64,000 nt of DNA from Octopus sinensis. Lineage: Eukaryota. This document shows positions 39,238 through 49,827 of this stretch, piece after piece. A program made the translations under genes and the position numbers. The stretch covers positions 117,924,001 to 117,988,000 of the forward strand of contig NC_043002.1 of assembly GCF_006345805.1 (NCBI RefSeq), in the 5' to 3' direction. The number at the start of each line of letters is the position of its first letter. The first letter of the stretch is position 1. Below the pieces are notes generated by a model, which was not told the DNA's origin, made no database searches, and saw only the letters and a list, made by a program, of their open reading frames with translations.

Positions 39238-39308
<71 letters not shown>

Positions 39309-39711
39309 GTATATATATGGTATATATATATATATGTATATATATCTATATGTATATATATGTATATATATATATATATATATTATATGTATATATATAT
39401 ATATATTATATATATATGGATATATATCTATATATATATATGTATATATATTTATATATTATATATATATAGAATATTATATATAATATTATATAATATA
39501 TATATAGATATATATATATATATATATATTATTGTATATATATATAATTGTATATGTACTATATATATATGTATATATATATATGTATATATATATATAT
39601 GTAGATATGTTATATATATATATATATATGTATATATAGATATATATATTTATAACCTATGATATATAGTATTATATCTATAGGTATATATATTATATAT
39701 GTATATATATG

Positions 39712-39742
<31 letters not shown>

Positions 39743-41616
39743 GTAATATAGATATATGTTTATATATATTAATATATGTGTATATTATATATATGTATAT
39801 ATATATATTATATATATGGTATATATATATATATTGTATATTATATTCTACATTATGGTATACATCTATATTCTGTAATTATATTGTATATGTATATTAT
39901 CTTATGTATATGTATATATATATATATGATTGCAGCGTGGAAGGTGTTTTTTAAGCCATTTAAGAAACACACAAAAGCCGTTCGATTCCACTTCAACATT
40001 TAAGTTTAATTTGTCAAAATATTTTTTCTCGCTAAAATCCGCGACCTGTTCACTGACAAAAATCCGTGCTGCATCTGAGAAAGTAACACTTAGTTCGTCA
40101 TATATATGTACGTATGTATGTGTGTATGTATGCATGTATGTATATATGTATGTATGTATGTATGTACGTACATACGCCTGGTATGCATGTATGTATGTAT
40201 GTATATATTTATGTGTGTGTATATTGCACGCACATACACACTAGAAACATAAAGCTATAAACTGTAGTGATGGATAGAATGTAGAGTGACCACTCATCAC
40301 AATCATATCAAATTTCAAACCTCCCCCCTATATGTATATATATATCTAATATTTATATATATATATACATATATTATTATATATAATTCATCATCATCAT
40401 CATCGGCGTTTAACGTCTTCGTTCTCCATGCTAGCATGGGTTGGACGGTTTCGACCGGGTTCTGGGAAGCCAGAAGGCTGCACCAGGCTCCAGTCTATCT
40501 GACAATGTTTCTACAGCTGGATGCCCTTCCTAACGCCACCACTCCCGTGAGTGTAGTGGGTGCTTTTTACGTGCCACCTGCACAGGTGCCAGGCGGGGCT
40601 GGCAACGGCCACGGTCGATTGGTGTATTTTATTGTGCACCGGCACGGAAGCCAGTCAAGGCGGTGCTGGCATTGGCCACGAGTCGGATAGTGCTTTTTAA
40701 CTACCACCAGACCAGGGATCCTGGCTGGTTCAATTCGATTTTGATTTCGCTTGCCCCCAAATGTCTTCACAAAGCAAAGGGGGTTGGCATGGGTGCCTGT
40801 CGTACGGTCGCATTGGGTATTTTACGTGCCAGGCCACGAGTCGGATAGTGCTTTTTACGTACCACCAACCAGGGATCCTGGCTGGTTCAATTCGATTTCG
40901 ATTTCGCTTGCCCCAACATGTCTTCACAAGCAAAGGGGGTTGGCATGGGTTGCCTGTCGTACGGTCGCATTGGAGTATTTTACGTGCCACGCCACGAGTC
41001 GGATAGGCTTTTTACGTACCACCAGGCCAGGGATCCTGGCTGGTTCAATTCGGTTTCGATTTCGATTTCGCTTGCCCCAACATGTCTTCGCCAGCATGGG
41101 GGTTGCATGGGTGTCTTGTCGTCGGATGAGGTTCTATATCGACTTCGCTTGCCTCAACCGGTCTTTGTGTCCAGGGAGGAAAGGCATTCATAAGTGGGCT
41201 GGGCTCACTTGTCCTGCCGGGTCTTCTCACGTACAGAATATTTCCAAAGGTCTCGGTCTCTGGTCATTTCCTCAGTGAGGCCTAAAGTTCGAAGGTCGTG
41301 CTTCACAACCTCGTCCCAGGTTTTTCCTGGGTCTAACTCGTCCACGGGTTCCCTCAACTCTAGGGATTGCACTTTCTTTCTCACACAACCCTATCTTCAT
41401 CCATTCTCGCCAGCCACATGACCATACCAGCGCAATCGTCTCTCTTGCACACCACAACTATGCTTCTTAGGTACAACATNNNNNNNNNNNNNNNNNNNNN
41501 NNNNNNNNNNNNNNNNNNNNNNNNNNNNNNNNNNNNNNNNNNNNNNNNNNNNNNNNNNNNNNNNNNNNNNNNNNNNNNNATATAACATATATATATATCT
41601 ATACATACATATATAT

Positions 41617-41689
<73 letters not shown>

Positions 41690-42458
41690 TATATATATAT
41701 ATAAAGGAGCACTCCATCAGTTACAACAATGAGGGTCCCAACTGATATGATCAACAGAACAGCTTACACATGAAATTAACATGCAAGTGGCTGAGCAGTT
41801 GAAATACAAGTACTACTCGCTTTTGCCAACTGAGTGGACTGGAGCAACATGAAATAAAGTGTCTTCCTCAAGGACACAATACATTACTGGGGATTGAACT
41901 CATGACCTTATGCTCATGAGCCGAATGCCCTAACCACTAAGCCATGCGCCTTCACACACACACATATTATGTATATATATATATCATCATCATCATCATC
42001 ATCATTTATCGTCCGTTTTCCATGCTAGCATGTGTTGGACGGTTCTAGTGGGGTCTGTGAAGCCAGAAGGCTTCATCAAGCCCAGTCAAATCTGGCAGTG
42101 TTTCTACGGCTGGATGCCCTTCCTAACGCCAACCACTCCGTGAGTGTAGTGGGTGCTTTTTACGTGCCACCCGCACTGGTGCCAGACAGAGCTGGCAAAC
42201 GGCCACGAAGATGGTGCTTTTATGTGCCACCAGCACGAGGGCCAGGCGAGGCTGGCAACGGACACGAAACGGGGCGGTGCTGGCAACGGTCGCGAAACGG
42301 AAGTTCTCTTACATGCCACCGGCACTGGTAACACATCTGCAATTTCCATTGATCGATTTCAATTGATCGATTTCGATTCTGATCCTCACTTGCCTCAACA
42401 CGTCTTCACAAGTAGAGTTTTGTGTCCCAGAAGGGAAGGTATGCATACGTAGGCTGGC

Positions 42459-42491
<33 letters not shown>

Positions 42492-43299
42492 AAATAATAA
42501 TGATAATAATAATAATAATAATAAAGGGTAAAATTAATTAATCAATTAATAATTAATAATTTTACCAAGTAGTTCGGTATGTTAAAAAAACCATTATCAG
42601 TAAACTTATATAAAAATTCTATAATTATGAGCATAATTATAATTAGGGTTCAGCAAAATTTGCTTCACCACATACTGAAATTTAGAAATAGCAGTTAAAA
42701 TACTATTCTACTACCATATCTCCCAGACAGCAGTACTCTACAACTTTGTTAGAGTTGTAGAGTATTGCTGTCTGGGAGATATGGTAGTAGAATAGTATTT
42801 TAACTGCTATTTCTAAATTTCAGTATGTGGTGAAGCAACTTTTGCTGAACCCTAATTATAATTATGCTCATAATTATAGAATTTATACATATATATATAT
42901 ATATATTCTTTACTCTTTTACTCTTTTACTTGTTTCAGTCATTTGACTGCGGCCATGCTGGAGCACTGCCTTTAGTCGAGCAAATCGACCCCGGGACTTA
43001 TTCTTTGTAAGCCCAGTACTTATTCTATCGGTCACTTTTGCCAAACTGCTAAGTGACGGGGACGTAAACACACCAGCATCAGTTGTCAAGCAATGCTAGG
43101 GGGACAAACACAGACACACAAATATATACACATATATACAACAGGCTTCTTTCAGTTTCCATCTACCAAATCCACTCACAAGGTATTGGTCGGCCCAGGG
43201 CTATAGCAGAAGACACTTGCCCAAGATGCCACGCAGTGGGACTGAACCCGGAACCATGTGGTTGGTTTGCAAGCTACTTACCACACAGCCACTCTTGCG

Positions 43300-43342
<43 letters not shown>

Positions 43343-46300
43343 GATGGACTTCTTTCAGTTTCCGTTTACCAAATCCACCCACAGGGCTTTGGTTGGCCTG
43401 AGGCTGTAGTAGAAGACACTTGTCCAAGTTGTCTTACAGAGGGGCTGAACCCAGAACCATGTGGTTGGGAAGTAAACTTCTAACCACACAGCCATACCTT
43501 TAAACAATTTAAAAATCTGTTTTCTAATAGGTCTAGAGACTAAAATTATGGGTAATTCTGAGGAAGAGAGAAAATATGAAGAATGAAGTAAAGGCACTTA
43601 AAACAAAATCAAAAATAAAATTTAAAAAAAAATTCCTGTTACATGGTTAAATGTTTGGTAAGACAGAATAGAGCTGAAGCAGAACAGAGGATATCTTTGT
43701 AAAATCAGAGAAGCTCAAAGTAGAGACGGAAATTCCTAGTTGGTGCACAAAACCCTAACCTTCTCACCAGAAACTATTGTATAATGAAGTAAAATGTTAA
43801 AAAGAGACAGTTGATTACATTGTTTTTGAAAGCTCTGTCTTGAACACAATAAAACACATTAGAGAGGGATGGCAAAGTTGGAGGATACATACAATTGCAA
43901 TTGTTCATATACAATCCAAACATTGGACAAGTGGTATAAATACAAACCACAAAATGTCACAAAGTAAGAATGAATGCAACAATGCATTCATTGAACACAG
44001 ATTGGCAGCTTCTTTTTTGGAATAACCTATTTTGACTTTTTTTTTAACATTTGCTCATGGCCTACATTAAATTATATCATATCTTACATTATATCTTACA
44101 TATAAAAATATCAGGTTTCTCGCCATTTTCACCACTGGTTATGTGAGCAAAAATTGAACAAACTATGACTCAAAAGACAGTGTAAAAACCATCAATTGCT
44201 TAATGGCTCTTGAACACATTAAATTTCAAATTCTTATAGAAAGATCTGGAGCTTGTAGAGAACACCTTAGTATCTTGCTTGTGTGCCACAGCCCATCTGT
44301 TGCTGCTCTCTGCTTTAGAGCATGTCAGTTATCCTTTTGACAGATAAATTGTTGTGATTTTAGTTTTGATCACATGATTTTGATTGTCTTGATTGCTGTT
44401 ATATGCCTGCAGTGCGACTGTGCGGAGTTCTGTTATGTTTGCAGCACATGTTCAACGTTGATTTTAGTTAGTCGAGAATGTAGCAACTCGCTGCATAATA
44501 ATGTTATTGCGTTGAAGTTTGGTTTTGCTTACAATTTAGCAATATTTGTTTGTATTGTATATTGCTGTATTTTTAGTCAATTAAAACCTTTTAAAACTTT
44601 GATATTCGAGTTTGGGTTTTTAAACAATAATCAAAGACAATAGGCCAAAAATATTATCGATAAATATAAATTCCAGTGGACAATAACATCATCATCATCA
44701 TCATCATCATTGTTTAGCGTCCGTTTTCCATGCTAGCATGGGTTGGACGGGTCAACTGGGGTCTGTGAAGCTGGAAGGCTTCATCAGGCCCAGTCAGATC
44801 TGGCAGTGTTTCTACGGCTGGATGCCCTTCCTAACGCCAACCACTCCGCGAGTGTAGTGGGTGTTTATTACGTGCCACCTGCACAGGTGCCAGACAGAGC
44901 TGGCGAACGGCCACGAACGGATGGTGCTTTTACGTGTCACCGGCACGGGGCCAGGCGATGCTGGCAACGGACACGAACGGATGGTGCTTTTACGTGCCAC
45001 CGACACGGGACCAGACAGAGCTGGCAACCGGCCACGAACGGACGGTGCTTTTACATGTCACCGGCACGGGGGCCAGCCGAGGCTGGCAACGGACATGAAC
45101 GGATGGTGCTTTTACGTGCCACCGACACGGTTGCCAGACAGTAGCTATAAAAAATTGAAGAACTTATTCAAATATAAAAATCTGAACACTAGGACATCTG
45201 CTGTATGGAGATGGAAACAAGAAATCCTCATCATAATAACAAGATGAAAAGAAGATAAAGAAAAGCATGAAATCAAGATCCTAAGGACATATACAACATA
45301 TCAACATGAAAAGTACATGCTTATGTTGGTTTTACAGCAACAGAAGAAAACTTCAATGTTACATTGCTTGCATCATATTGATATTTTGGATGTTTTGCCT
45401 TTCAGATGCTATGATGTTGATGAAAAATATGTCTTCAGGACTCTGGTTTAATGGGATTGAAACCTAGTACTTGGCATTCATTTGTACAACATTCACTTTA
45501 ACTGTGAAAAAGAGCAGAGGTTTAGTCTTTCTATTGTTGCATTGTAGCTTTTTTCCTTGAACTGCTAAACTTTGGAACCCTCTTCCATCTCATTGTTTTC
45601 CTCTTATGATCTAAACTCTTTCAAGTCTAAAGTAAATTCATTCCTTTCATCTTAATTTCTCCTTCTTCATAGTCCCTTATGCTAAGTGGCTTCTCACTTT
45701 GCTTGGGACTTATAATAATGATGATGATGATGATGATGATAATAATAATAATAATAAAAAGATTGTGGGTCATTATGGATTTTCATTTACAAAATTTCAT
45801 TGGACATTTCAATTTTTCATTATGGCCTGTCTGAAAGCTTTCCATTTTACGCAGTGGTCATAGAGCAAAATACTGCTATTCGTAATCTTATCAAAGCAAT
45901 AAAATGCCACTAAATCAAAATTTAACATTCATGGAATACTAAATTTGGTTAATAACTTAGAATTATTAATATACTGTTCAACACATTAAAATTGAATGAA
46001 TAATTTCTTTCTGTCTGGGACTAGTTTTGTAAACATGTCATGGTGCATCATTTATAATTTCTGAGAATTTCAGTTTTGCCAATGGAAGTAGGACACTCAT
46101 CAGTACAACAAAGAAGAACGAAGCAGTATGAGTTGCCAATATTGAAATTTAAAAAAATTGCCTCACAAATGTTCTCTAAAATTCAAACCTTTGCCTTACG
46201 AATATAATTATTAGGCATGGCTACGTAGATAAGAAGTTCAATTTGTAACCACATGCTTTCAGGTTCTATCCTACAGTGTGGAACCTTGGGTTGACCAATA

Positions 46301-47769
46301 CTTTGAAATTCATAGACAGAAACTGAACAGAAGCCTTTCAAGTATATATATATAAAGAAATGCATGTATAAGCATGTATGTATGTGTGTATGCATAAATG
46401 TTGACTACTTGCCTCTTTGCATATTACCACCTGAGCAAAATGGTGATATGTTTATTTTCCCAGTAAACAATGCATCCTGTGGCTCTACACATTCAAGGGC
46501 CAGTGGAAGAAAAAAATTTCTAACTTGAAAAATACTTAAGGGTTGGTAATAGAAAAAGTATCTAGTTGTAAAATACTTCTCCAAATACATCTTCATCCAA
46601 TCCATGCCACCATGGAAAAAAGACATAAAACAGATGAACTAATATAATCTTCAAAATAATATAAGATCATCAACATTCTAATCCCTAAATGTATTGTGCA
46701 CATAAAAGAAAGTAAAATGGTCAAAAAACCTTTAAACCATAAGATTTATTTTGTAATTCTTTTTAGTTGTCATTTAATATCTCATAAACCAAAAAATTAA
46801 AAGGGTTTGGAGAAGTGTATAACAAATGGTATAGATTGAGACCAATATGTTGATGGATAGAAAACATCAACAACTGGGCAGAGCCTGAAAATCCTCATTA
46901 AGAAAATACCGGTTCAATACAAGATTAACATAATTCTTAATAAAATCTCTTATTGCTTGATAATCCTTGTAGGATATTTTGGGGATAGTTTAATAGACAA
47001 AAGCTAATCAATCAGTTTGATTTTAAATTTCGATCACATTTGTTATTAGTACTCATTTCATCATCTCAAAGTAGATGAATAAGGCAGGCTTCAAAATCAG
47101 AATATAACTGACACATAACAACCAATCAATCTTTTAGGCTAACCTACAGTTAATATAGTTTTATCTTACTATATGCATACATACTGATATCATTTTCCTA
47201 ACTATATACTTTAAGTCAAATAAAGGCATTTGTTTAAAAGTAGAACATATTACTGCAGTGACTGAAGAGAATTTATCAGTTTTGGTAGTTGATGATAATG
47301 ATGACAACTATATTGTCTATACTTTAGAACAAAGTATTCGTCTTCTCTACTTTCATTGATGTGTCTTGCATAAGATATTGCTCTCAATCCTTTGTTCGTA
47401 ATTTTTTTCTAAAATTATCAACTAACTGTTCCTTTAAGCTATTGACATGTAACAATTCAAATTTCCTCAATTTTATCACACTATGACAAATTCAAGCCAC
47501 CTCAGACAAATTAATAATAAGAATCTTTCTTCAAGAATGTAAATGCATTAAATATATTGAGGTAATGTTTGAAAATATAAAGTTAAAAGTTTGAATAAAA
47601 ATCCTTAATGAAAAAGAGAAAAAAAATCAGCTATCTATGGGAATTTAGATGTATACTTACTTTCTTTTCTGAAAGATTTAAGGCTCTTGTATGCAGTTGC
47701 CTTGCATATGATTTAGACCAATCTATTGGAAGTAAGTTACCAAAGTTTCCTGTAATTGTCCACCACATT
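16053..47769 (-). CDS. FEZ1/FEZ2 (unc-76): Fasciculation and elongation protein zeta (FEZ/UNC-76), partial: 5' exons and at least one central exon not located
   Basis: Spliced exons give [26 protein letters not shown]...; [31 protein letters not shown]; [10 protein letters not shown]...[33 protein letters not shown], matching the FEZ1/FEZ2/UNC-76 hallmark motifs. Phases are consistent across the last four exons. Confidence 0.95.
16800..17150 (-). mobile_element. Degenerate CR1-like LINE 3' fragment
   Basis: Minus-strand reading resembles the CR1 C-terminal FFSxRVxNxWNxLP motif, with frameshifts. Confidence 0.3.
20070..20400 (-). mobile_element. tRNA/CORE-type SINE copy (partial)
   Basis: Same tail (cttgtttcagtcact...) and gacacttg/caagg core segment as the 42907 and 53962 copies. 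Confidence 0.75.
21261..22575 (-). mobile_element. RTE-clade LINE, 3' portion (ORF2 C-terminus, 3' UTR repeat array, (GAT)n tail)
   Basis: ORF 22113..22541 [13 protein letters not shown]...[46 protein letters not shown], followed by [20 protein letters not shown]. Confidence 0.92.
23045..23264 (+). mobile_element. piggyBac-type MITE copy 1 (220 bp)
   Basis: TTAA|CCCTTTTGTTAC...ATTGAAAGGG|TTAA. Confidence 0.85.
23449..23669 (-). mobile_element. piggyBac-type MITE copy 2, inverted relative to copies 1 and 3
   Basis: Reverse complement of the 23045 copy; TGAA|TCCTTTCGTTAC...ATGAAAGGG|TTAA. Confidence 0.85.
24253..24472 (+). mobile_element. piggyBac-type MITE copy 3 (220 bp)
   Basis: TTAA|CCCTTTCATTAC...GTAACAAAAGGG|TTAA. 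Confidence 0.85.
24558..24623 (-). CDS. FEZ1/FEZ2 (unc-76): FEZ exon ([21 protein letters not shown])
   Basis: tttttag|TT TTG CAG GCA...TTG AAA G|gttagt; 66 nt, phase 1/1. Confidence 0.95.
24870..26290 (-). mobile_element. Degenerate retroelement ORF1/gag-like remnant (tentative)
   Basis: Minus strand has T/S/Q-rich coding-like composition with [11 protein letters not shown] and a decayed VEGR..C..C..H..C-like segment; many stops. Confidence 0.3.
27765..28222 (+). mobile_element. RTE 3' UTR fragment with about 5 tandem hairpin units and (GAT)n tail
   Basis: Repeated GTGCCGGTGGCACGTAAAAAG; terminal ggaagggcatccagcc...catggaaagcggac(gat)n as in the 21261 element. Confidence 0.85.
28898..28973 (-). 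CDS. FEZ1/FEZ2 (unc-76): FEZ exon ([25 protein letters not shown])
   Basis: tttttacag|TAT CTA ACT ACA...ATT AAA A|gtaagt; 76 nt. Confidence 0.96.
29110..30680 (-). mobile_element. Degenerate CR1/L2-type LINE ORF2 remnant
   Basis: Minus-strand fragments such as [25 protein letters not shown] resemble the C-terminal SFFxRTxxLWNxLP region; upstream fragments are RT-like. Confidence 0.6.
31224..31471 (-). CDS. FEZ1/FEZ2 (unc-76): FEZ exon (coiled-coil region)
   Basis: ttttcag|AG ATG AAA AGC...GGA ACA|gtaagt; [13 protein letters not shown]...[23 protein letters not shown]...[18 protein letters not shown]. Confidence 0.96.
31615..31890 (-). mobile_element. tRNA/CORE-type SINE copy (partial)
   Basis: Matches the internal and tail segments of the 53962 copy. 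Confidence 0.7.
32468..32550. repeat. (AG)n microsatellite
   Basis: Direct inspection. Confidence 0.95.
33229..33410 (+). mobile_element. tRNA-derived SINE, second family (ggcagtgagctggcag...ctgagttcaaattcc...gactttgcctttcatcc)
   Basis: A/B-box-like head; related partial copies near 34105 and 52590. Confidence 0.7.
33482..33513 (-). CDS. FEZ1/FEZ2 (unc-76): Candidate 32-nt FEZ exon ([10 protein letters not shown])
   Basis: tcttgctgtag|A TAT ATG GAT ACC ACT TGG AAA GGA GAG GAG A|gtaagt; the phase-1 end joins AG of exon 31471 to give ...WKGEEKMKSMS, positionally like vertebrate NWSYEGLRHMS. Confidence 0.45.
33545..34100. mobile_element. Two RTE 3'-end fragments in opposite orientation (33545-33860 minus; 33930-34100 plus)
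   Basis: (CAT)n tail at left and (GAT)n tail at right, shared catggaaaacagatgtt end. Confidence 0.7.
34565..34822 (-). mobile_element. RTE 3'-end fragment, interrupted by a SINE
   Basis: (CAT)n cgtttaacgtccgctttccatgctagcatggg...ggatgcccttcctaacgccaacc. Confidence 0.85.
34830..35110 (+). mobile_element. Young-looking tRNA-derived SINE, third family
   Basis: A box TGGCCTAGTGG, B box GGTTTCGATTCC, CpGs retained, TCACGTGA-repeat end running into (TA)n. Confidence 0.8.
35185..35272 (-). ncRNA. Type I hammerhead ribozyme motif in the PLE terminal repeat
   Basis: UUUCGG-CUGACGA-G...stem II...C-GAAA-palindromic stem III ACAAUUGU-A17-CCAAGA; GUA cleavage triplet. Confidence 0.75.
35344..35762. repeat. 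Two tandem units of about 211 bp in the PLE 3' UTR
   Basis: gattcctggagatccgatgaa at 35350 and 35561; units align along their length. Confidence 0.9.
36411..36866 (-). pseudogene. PLE GIY-YIG endonuclease domain
   Basis: [24 protein letters not shown]...[19 protein letters not shown]...LSSKIWELK...[11 protein letters not shown]...LNSRIE. Confidence 0.92.
37142..37864 (-). pseudogene. PLE RT thumb domain flanked by Asn-rich tracts (frameshifted)
   Basis: [54 protein letters not shown]. Confidence 0.88.
37926..38837 (-). pseudogene. PLE reverse transcriptase core, truncated just upstream of motif A
   Basis: The open frame extends upstream of the called ATG (38744) through [19 protein letters not shown] to the inverted repeat junction; YRDD catalytic motif intact. 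Confidence 0.93.
38916..39003 (+). ncRNA. Second hammerhead copy in the inverted terminal repeat; cleavage triplet mutated (GUA to GGA)
   Basis: TTTCGG CTGACGA G...C GAAA CAATTG GA CCGAGA; perfect stem I but U16.1 replaced by G at 38996. Confidence 0.65.
39156..39930. repeat. Long degenerate (TA)n/(TATG)n low-complexity tract
   Basis: Direct inspection. Confidence 0.97.
40388..41479 (-). mobile_element. RTE LINE 3' portion with expanded 3' UTR repeats, cut by an assembly gap
   Basis: C-terminal [12 protein letters not shown]...[11 protein letters not shown]; repeat array; (GAT)n tail. Confidence 0.88.
41480..41579. other. Assembly gap (100 N)
   Basis: Run of N. Confidence 1.
41705..41954 (-). 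mobile_element. tRNA-derived SINE
   Basis: Minus strand ggcgcatggcttagtggttagg...gagttcaatcccc...gtgtccttgaggaagacac. Confidence 0.75.
41984..42460 (-). mobile_element. RTE 3' UTR fragment with hairpin repeat array
   Basis: (CAT)n tail, ggatgcccttcctaacgccaacc, repeated gtgccacc.gcac units. Confidence 0.85.
42614..42884. repeat. Near-perfect inverted repeat: 132-bp arms, 7-nt loop
   Basis: 42614-42745 vs 42753-42884, only two mismatches (42659/42839 and 42733/42765). Confidence 0.97.
42907..43300 (-). mobile_element. Full-length tRNA/CORE-type SINE; a second head-only copy follows at about 43341-43500
   Basis: Head gcgcaagagtggctgtgtggtaag, ttgggcaagtgtc core, tail (aaagagt)n. Confidence 0.88.
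44688..45142 (-). mobile_element. RTE 3' UTR fragment with about five 60-bp hairpin repeat units
   Basis: Unit gtgcttttacgtgccaccggcac-variable-ctggcaacggccacgaacggatg. Confidence 0.88.
45500..45660 (+). mobile_element. Short CR1/L2-type LINE 3' fragment
   Basis: Reads ...[14 protein letters not shown]..., similar to the 29110 remnant. Confidence 0.45.
47661..47769 (-). CDS. FEZ1/FEZ2 (unc-76): FEZ exon ([36 protein letters not shown])
   Basis: gttttatag|A ATG TGG TGG...AAG AAA|gtaagt; 109 nt, conserved W..T.N.G...P.DW motif. Confidence 0.94.
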
Positions 47770-48139
47770 CTATAAAACAAATAAGAAAAAACATTAGAAA
47801 ATGAATTTCAAATTAGAAAAGGACATGTAGCTTAGTGCTTGGTGTGCAAGGTTTGCAATCATAAGAGTGTGGATTCAATTCCTGGACTACATGGTATATT
47901 GTGTCTAAATGCAAAGCACATTTAATTTCTGAAATGAAAAGTACCAGTTTCAACAATCTATTCATTTACTTAAGTCAAACTCAAGTCGAGGTCAGAAATT
48001 TTGATATGATCTTTATGAATTTGTTATTTTTTTTCTATCACATCAGATTTGTTTCGGAAGTATTAAAAATATTTAAAGATAGAATTCTGTCTAACAAGAG
48101 AACCACCAGACCTCCCTTGCATTTTTTTTTTTTGTTTCT

Positions 48140-48600
48140 CTTATGAGCTATGTGGCTGCTCCTGTACAGTTTATGCAGCCAGATGCTTTGTAATTCCACC
48201 TTTCTTATACACATATATCAATGCAATCATTCTTCAAAAAGAACTTTATTAGTTGACAGGACAAGATATTGAAAAATATCTTCTCTTCAAAGCTAATAAT
48301 GAGATGGTCCTAAACTGCTTGATCTTAGAATTTTTTCCCTTAGAAATCCAAACATCCTCAGTACAGCTCCACTGGTTGGTAACTCTTTCCCTCCACCAGA
48401 CCACTTTCAGCATCTTCCAGTGTTATTAAAGGTATTTCAGACAATATTTATAAACACTGTTTAAAACACTATTTAAAAAAAATAAAAGAAAAACTGTACA
48501 GTACTCCGCTAGGCTCTGGAGCACAAGCTGACCTTGTTACCTTAAAGACTTCCTAAACTTCCTTTCAGTTTTGTTTATTTTTATTAAACTAAGTCATTTG
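48140..48600 (-). mobile_element. Degenerate HERO-like (R2-group, restriction-like endonuclease) non-LTR RT fragment
   Basis: Minus strand reads RSACAPEPSGVLY...LWKMLKVVWWR...QWSC..DVWISKGKNSKIKQFRTISLL..EKIFFNILS..L..FFLKNDCID..GGI..SGC, with frameshifts. Confidence 0.6.
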
Positions 48601-49784
48601 GGGTGCTGAGCTTGCCATAATAGTTGAGATTAAAATGTAGAAAATGCATTATTACAATCACACTTAAATTATGGTTTTAGACAGCTGTTTGTAATCTGGC
48701 ATATTTCTGTTTCCATTCCAAAAAATGTTAGCCAGGCTTCAAACTTAATTTCAGACCCACTTTAAAAATTTATTTCTATAATTTATGGTCCAATATAAAT
48801 ACCAAATTTTAATCTTGTTTCAGTTACAACTTATGGTAAAAGTATTTCAATATTCCTCTATCTTTAGCATGAGCTTTACAAAATGTTTCATACACCTCAA
48901 TTTCATGTACAACAGAGCTACTAGAACTTTGCTTAAATGTATAAGAACTGTAACAGCATTTTCAAATCCTGGCAAAAATTCCTATCAAAGTGACCGGATT
49001 TTCTGATGAAAATAACACAAGTCAGTCTTGCTGTTCCTAGATATCAAAAAACACATGCTTTTTAGGTTCAATCCAATTGCATGACACTTTGAGCAAGTGT
49101 CTTAACAATAGCTTCAAGTTGACCTATGCTTTGAAATGAAATTAGGTAGAGGAAAATTGTACATAAACATGCCATCATTGTCATCATGATCATCTACTTT
49201 CTATGTTGGTATGGATTGGATGGGTCATTATGATTTGACTCAGTTGTATTTGGAGTTAATGTCCTCCTCAATAGGTCAGAGGACAATGTGTCCTTGAACA
49301 TTTTTATGTATAGCATAGTTTCAGTGACTAGCTGCATTTTATTGTGGCACCAGTACTACAGGGGTTGTTATGTCTTTGATAAGACATGACAACCTCATTG
49401 TGTTCAACGACTTAGTGGTTGAAACATCTGAAAACCAGAAGATAAAGTACCTAGAAAAAAAACAAGAGTTGGTATCAGGAAGGGCATCCAGCTGTAGAAC
49501 ACTGTTTCAAGTCTTGTCTAAGTTACACCAGCATGGGAAAAATGGATACAATGATGACAATTTGGGTTTTGAAATGCAATTAAAAATTTAAGAAATAAAC
49601 AAAAAAAAAATGTGTTTGAAATAATAAATTCATGTAGATTTGCTATGATTCACATTAAAAAAATTAAGGTGAAAAGACAGTGAAGAAATAACAGAGAAGA
49701 GAGAAAGTGAAAAGTAAAAGCATAAAAGTTTTTGTAAAAGACAGATAGCTTAGCCATGTGCATCTAATAAATATGCATGTGTAA

Positions 49785-49827
<43 letters not shown>

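Noticed and set aside
39060-39954. Long ORFs of Y/I/V/M/C (also 26916-27239, 41381-41717, 20762-21069, 51808-52247)
   Set aside because: Translations of TA/TG microsatellites.
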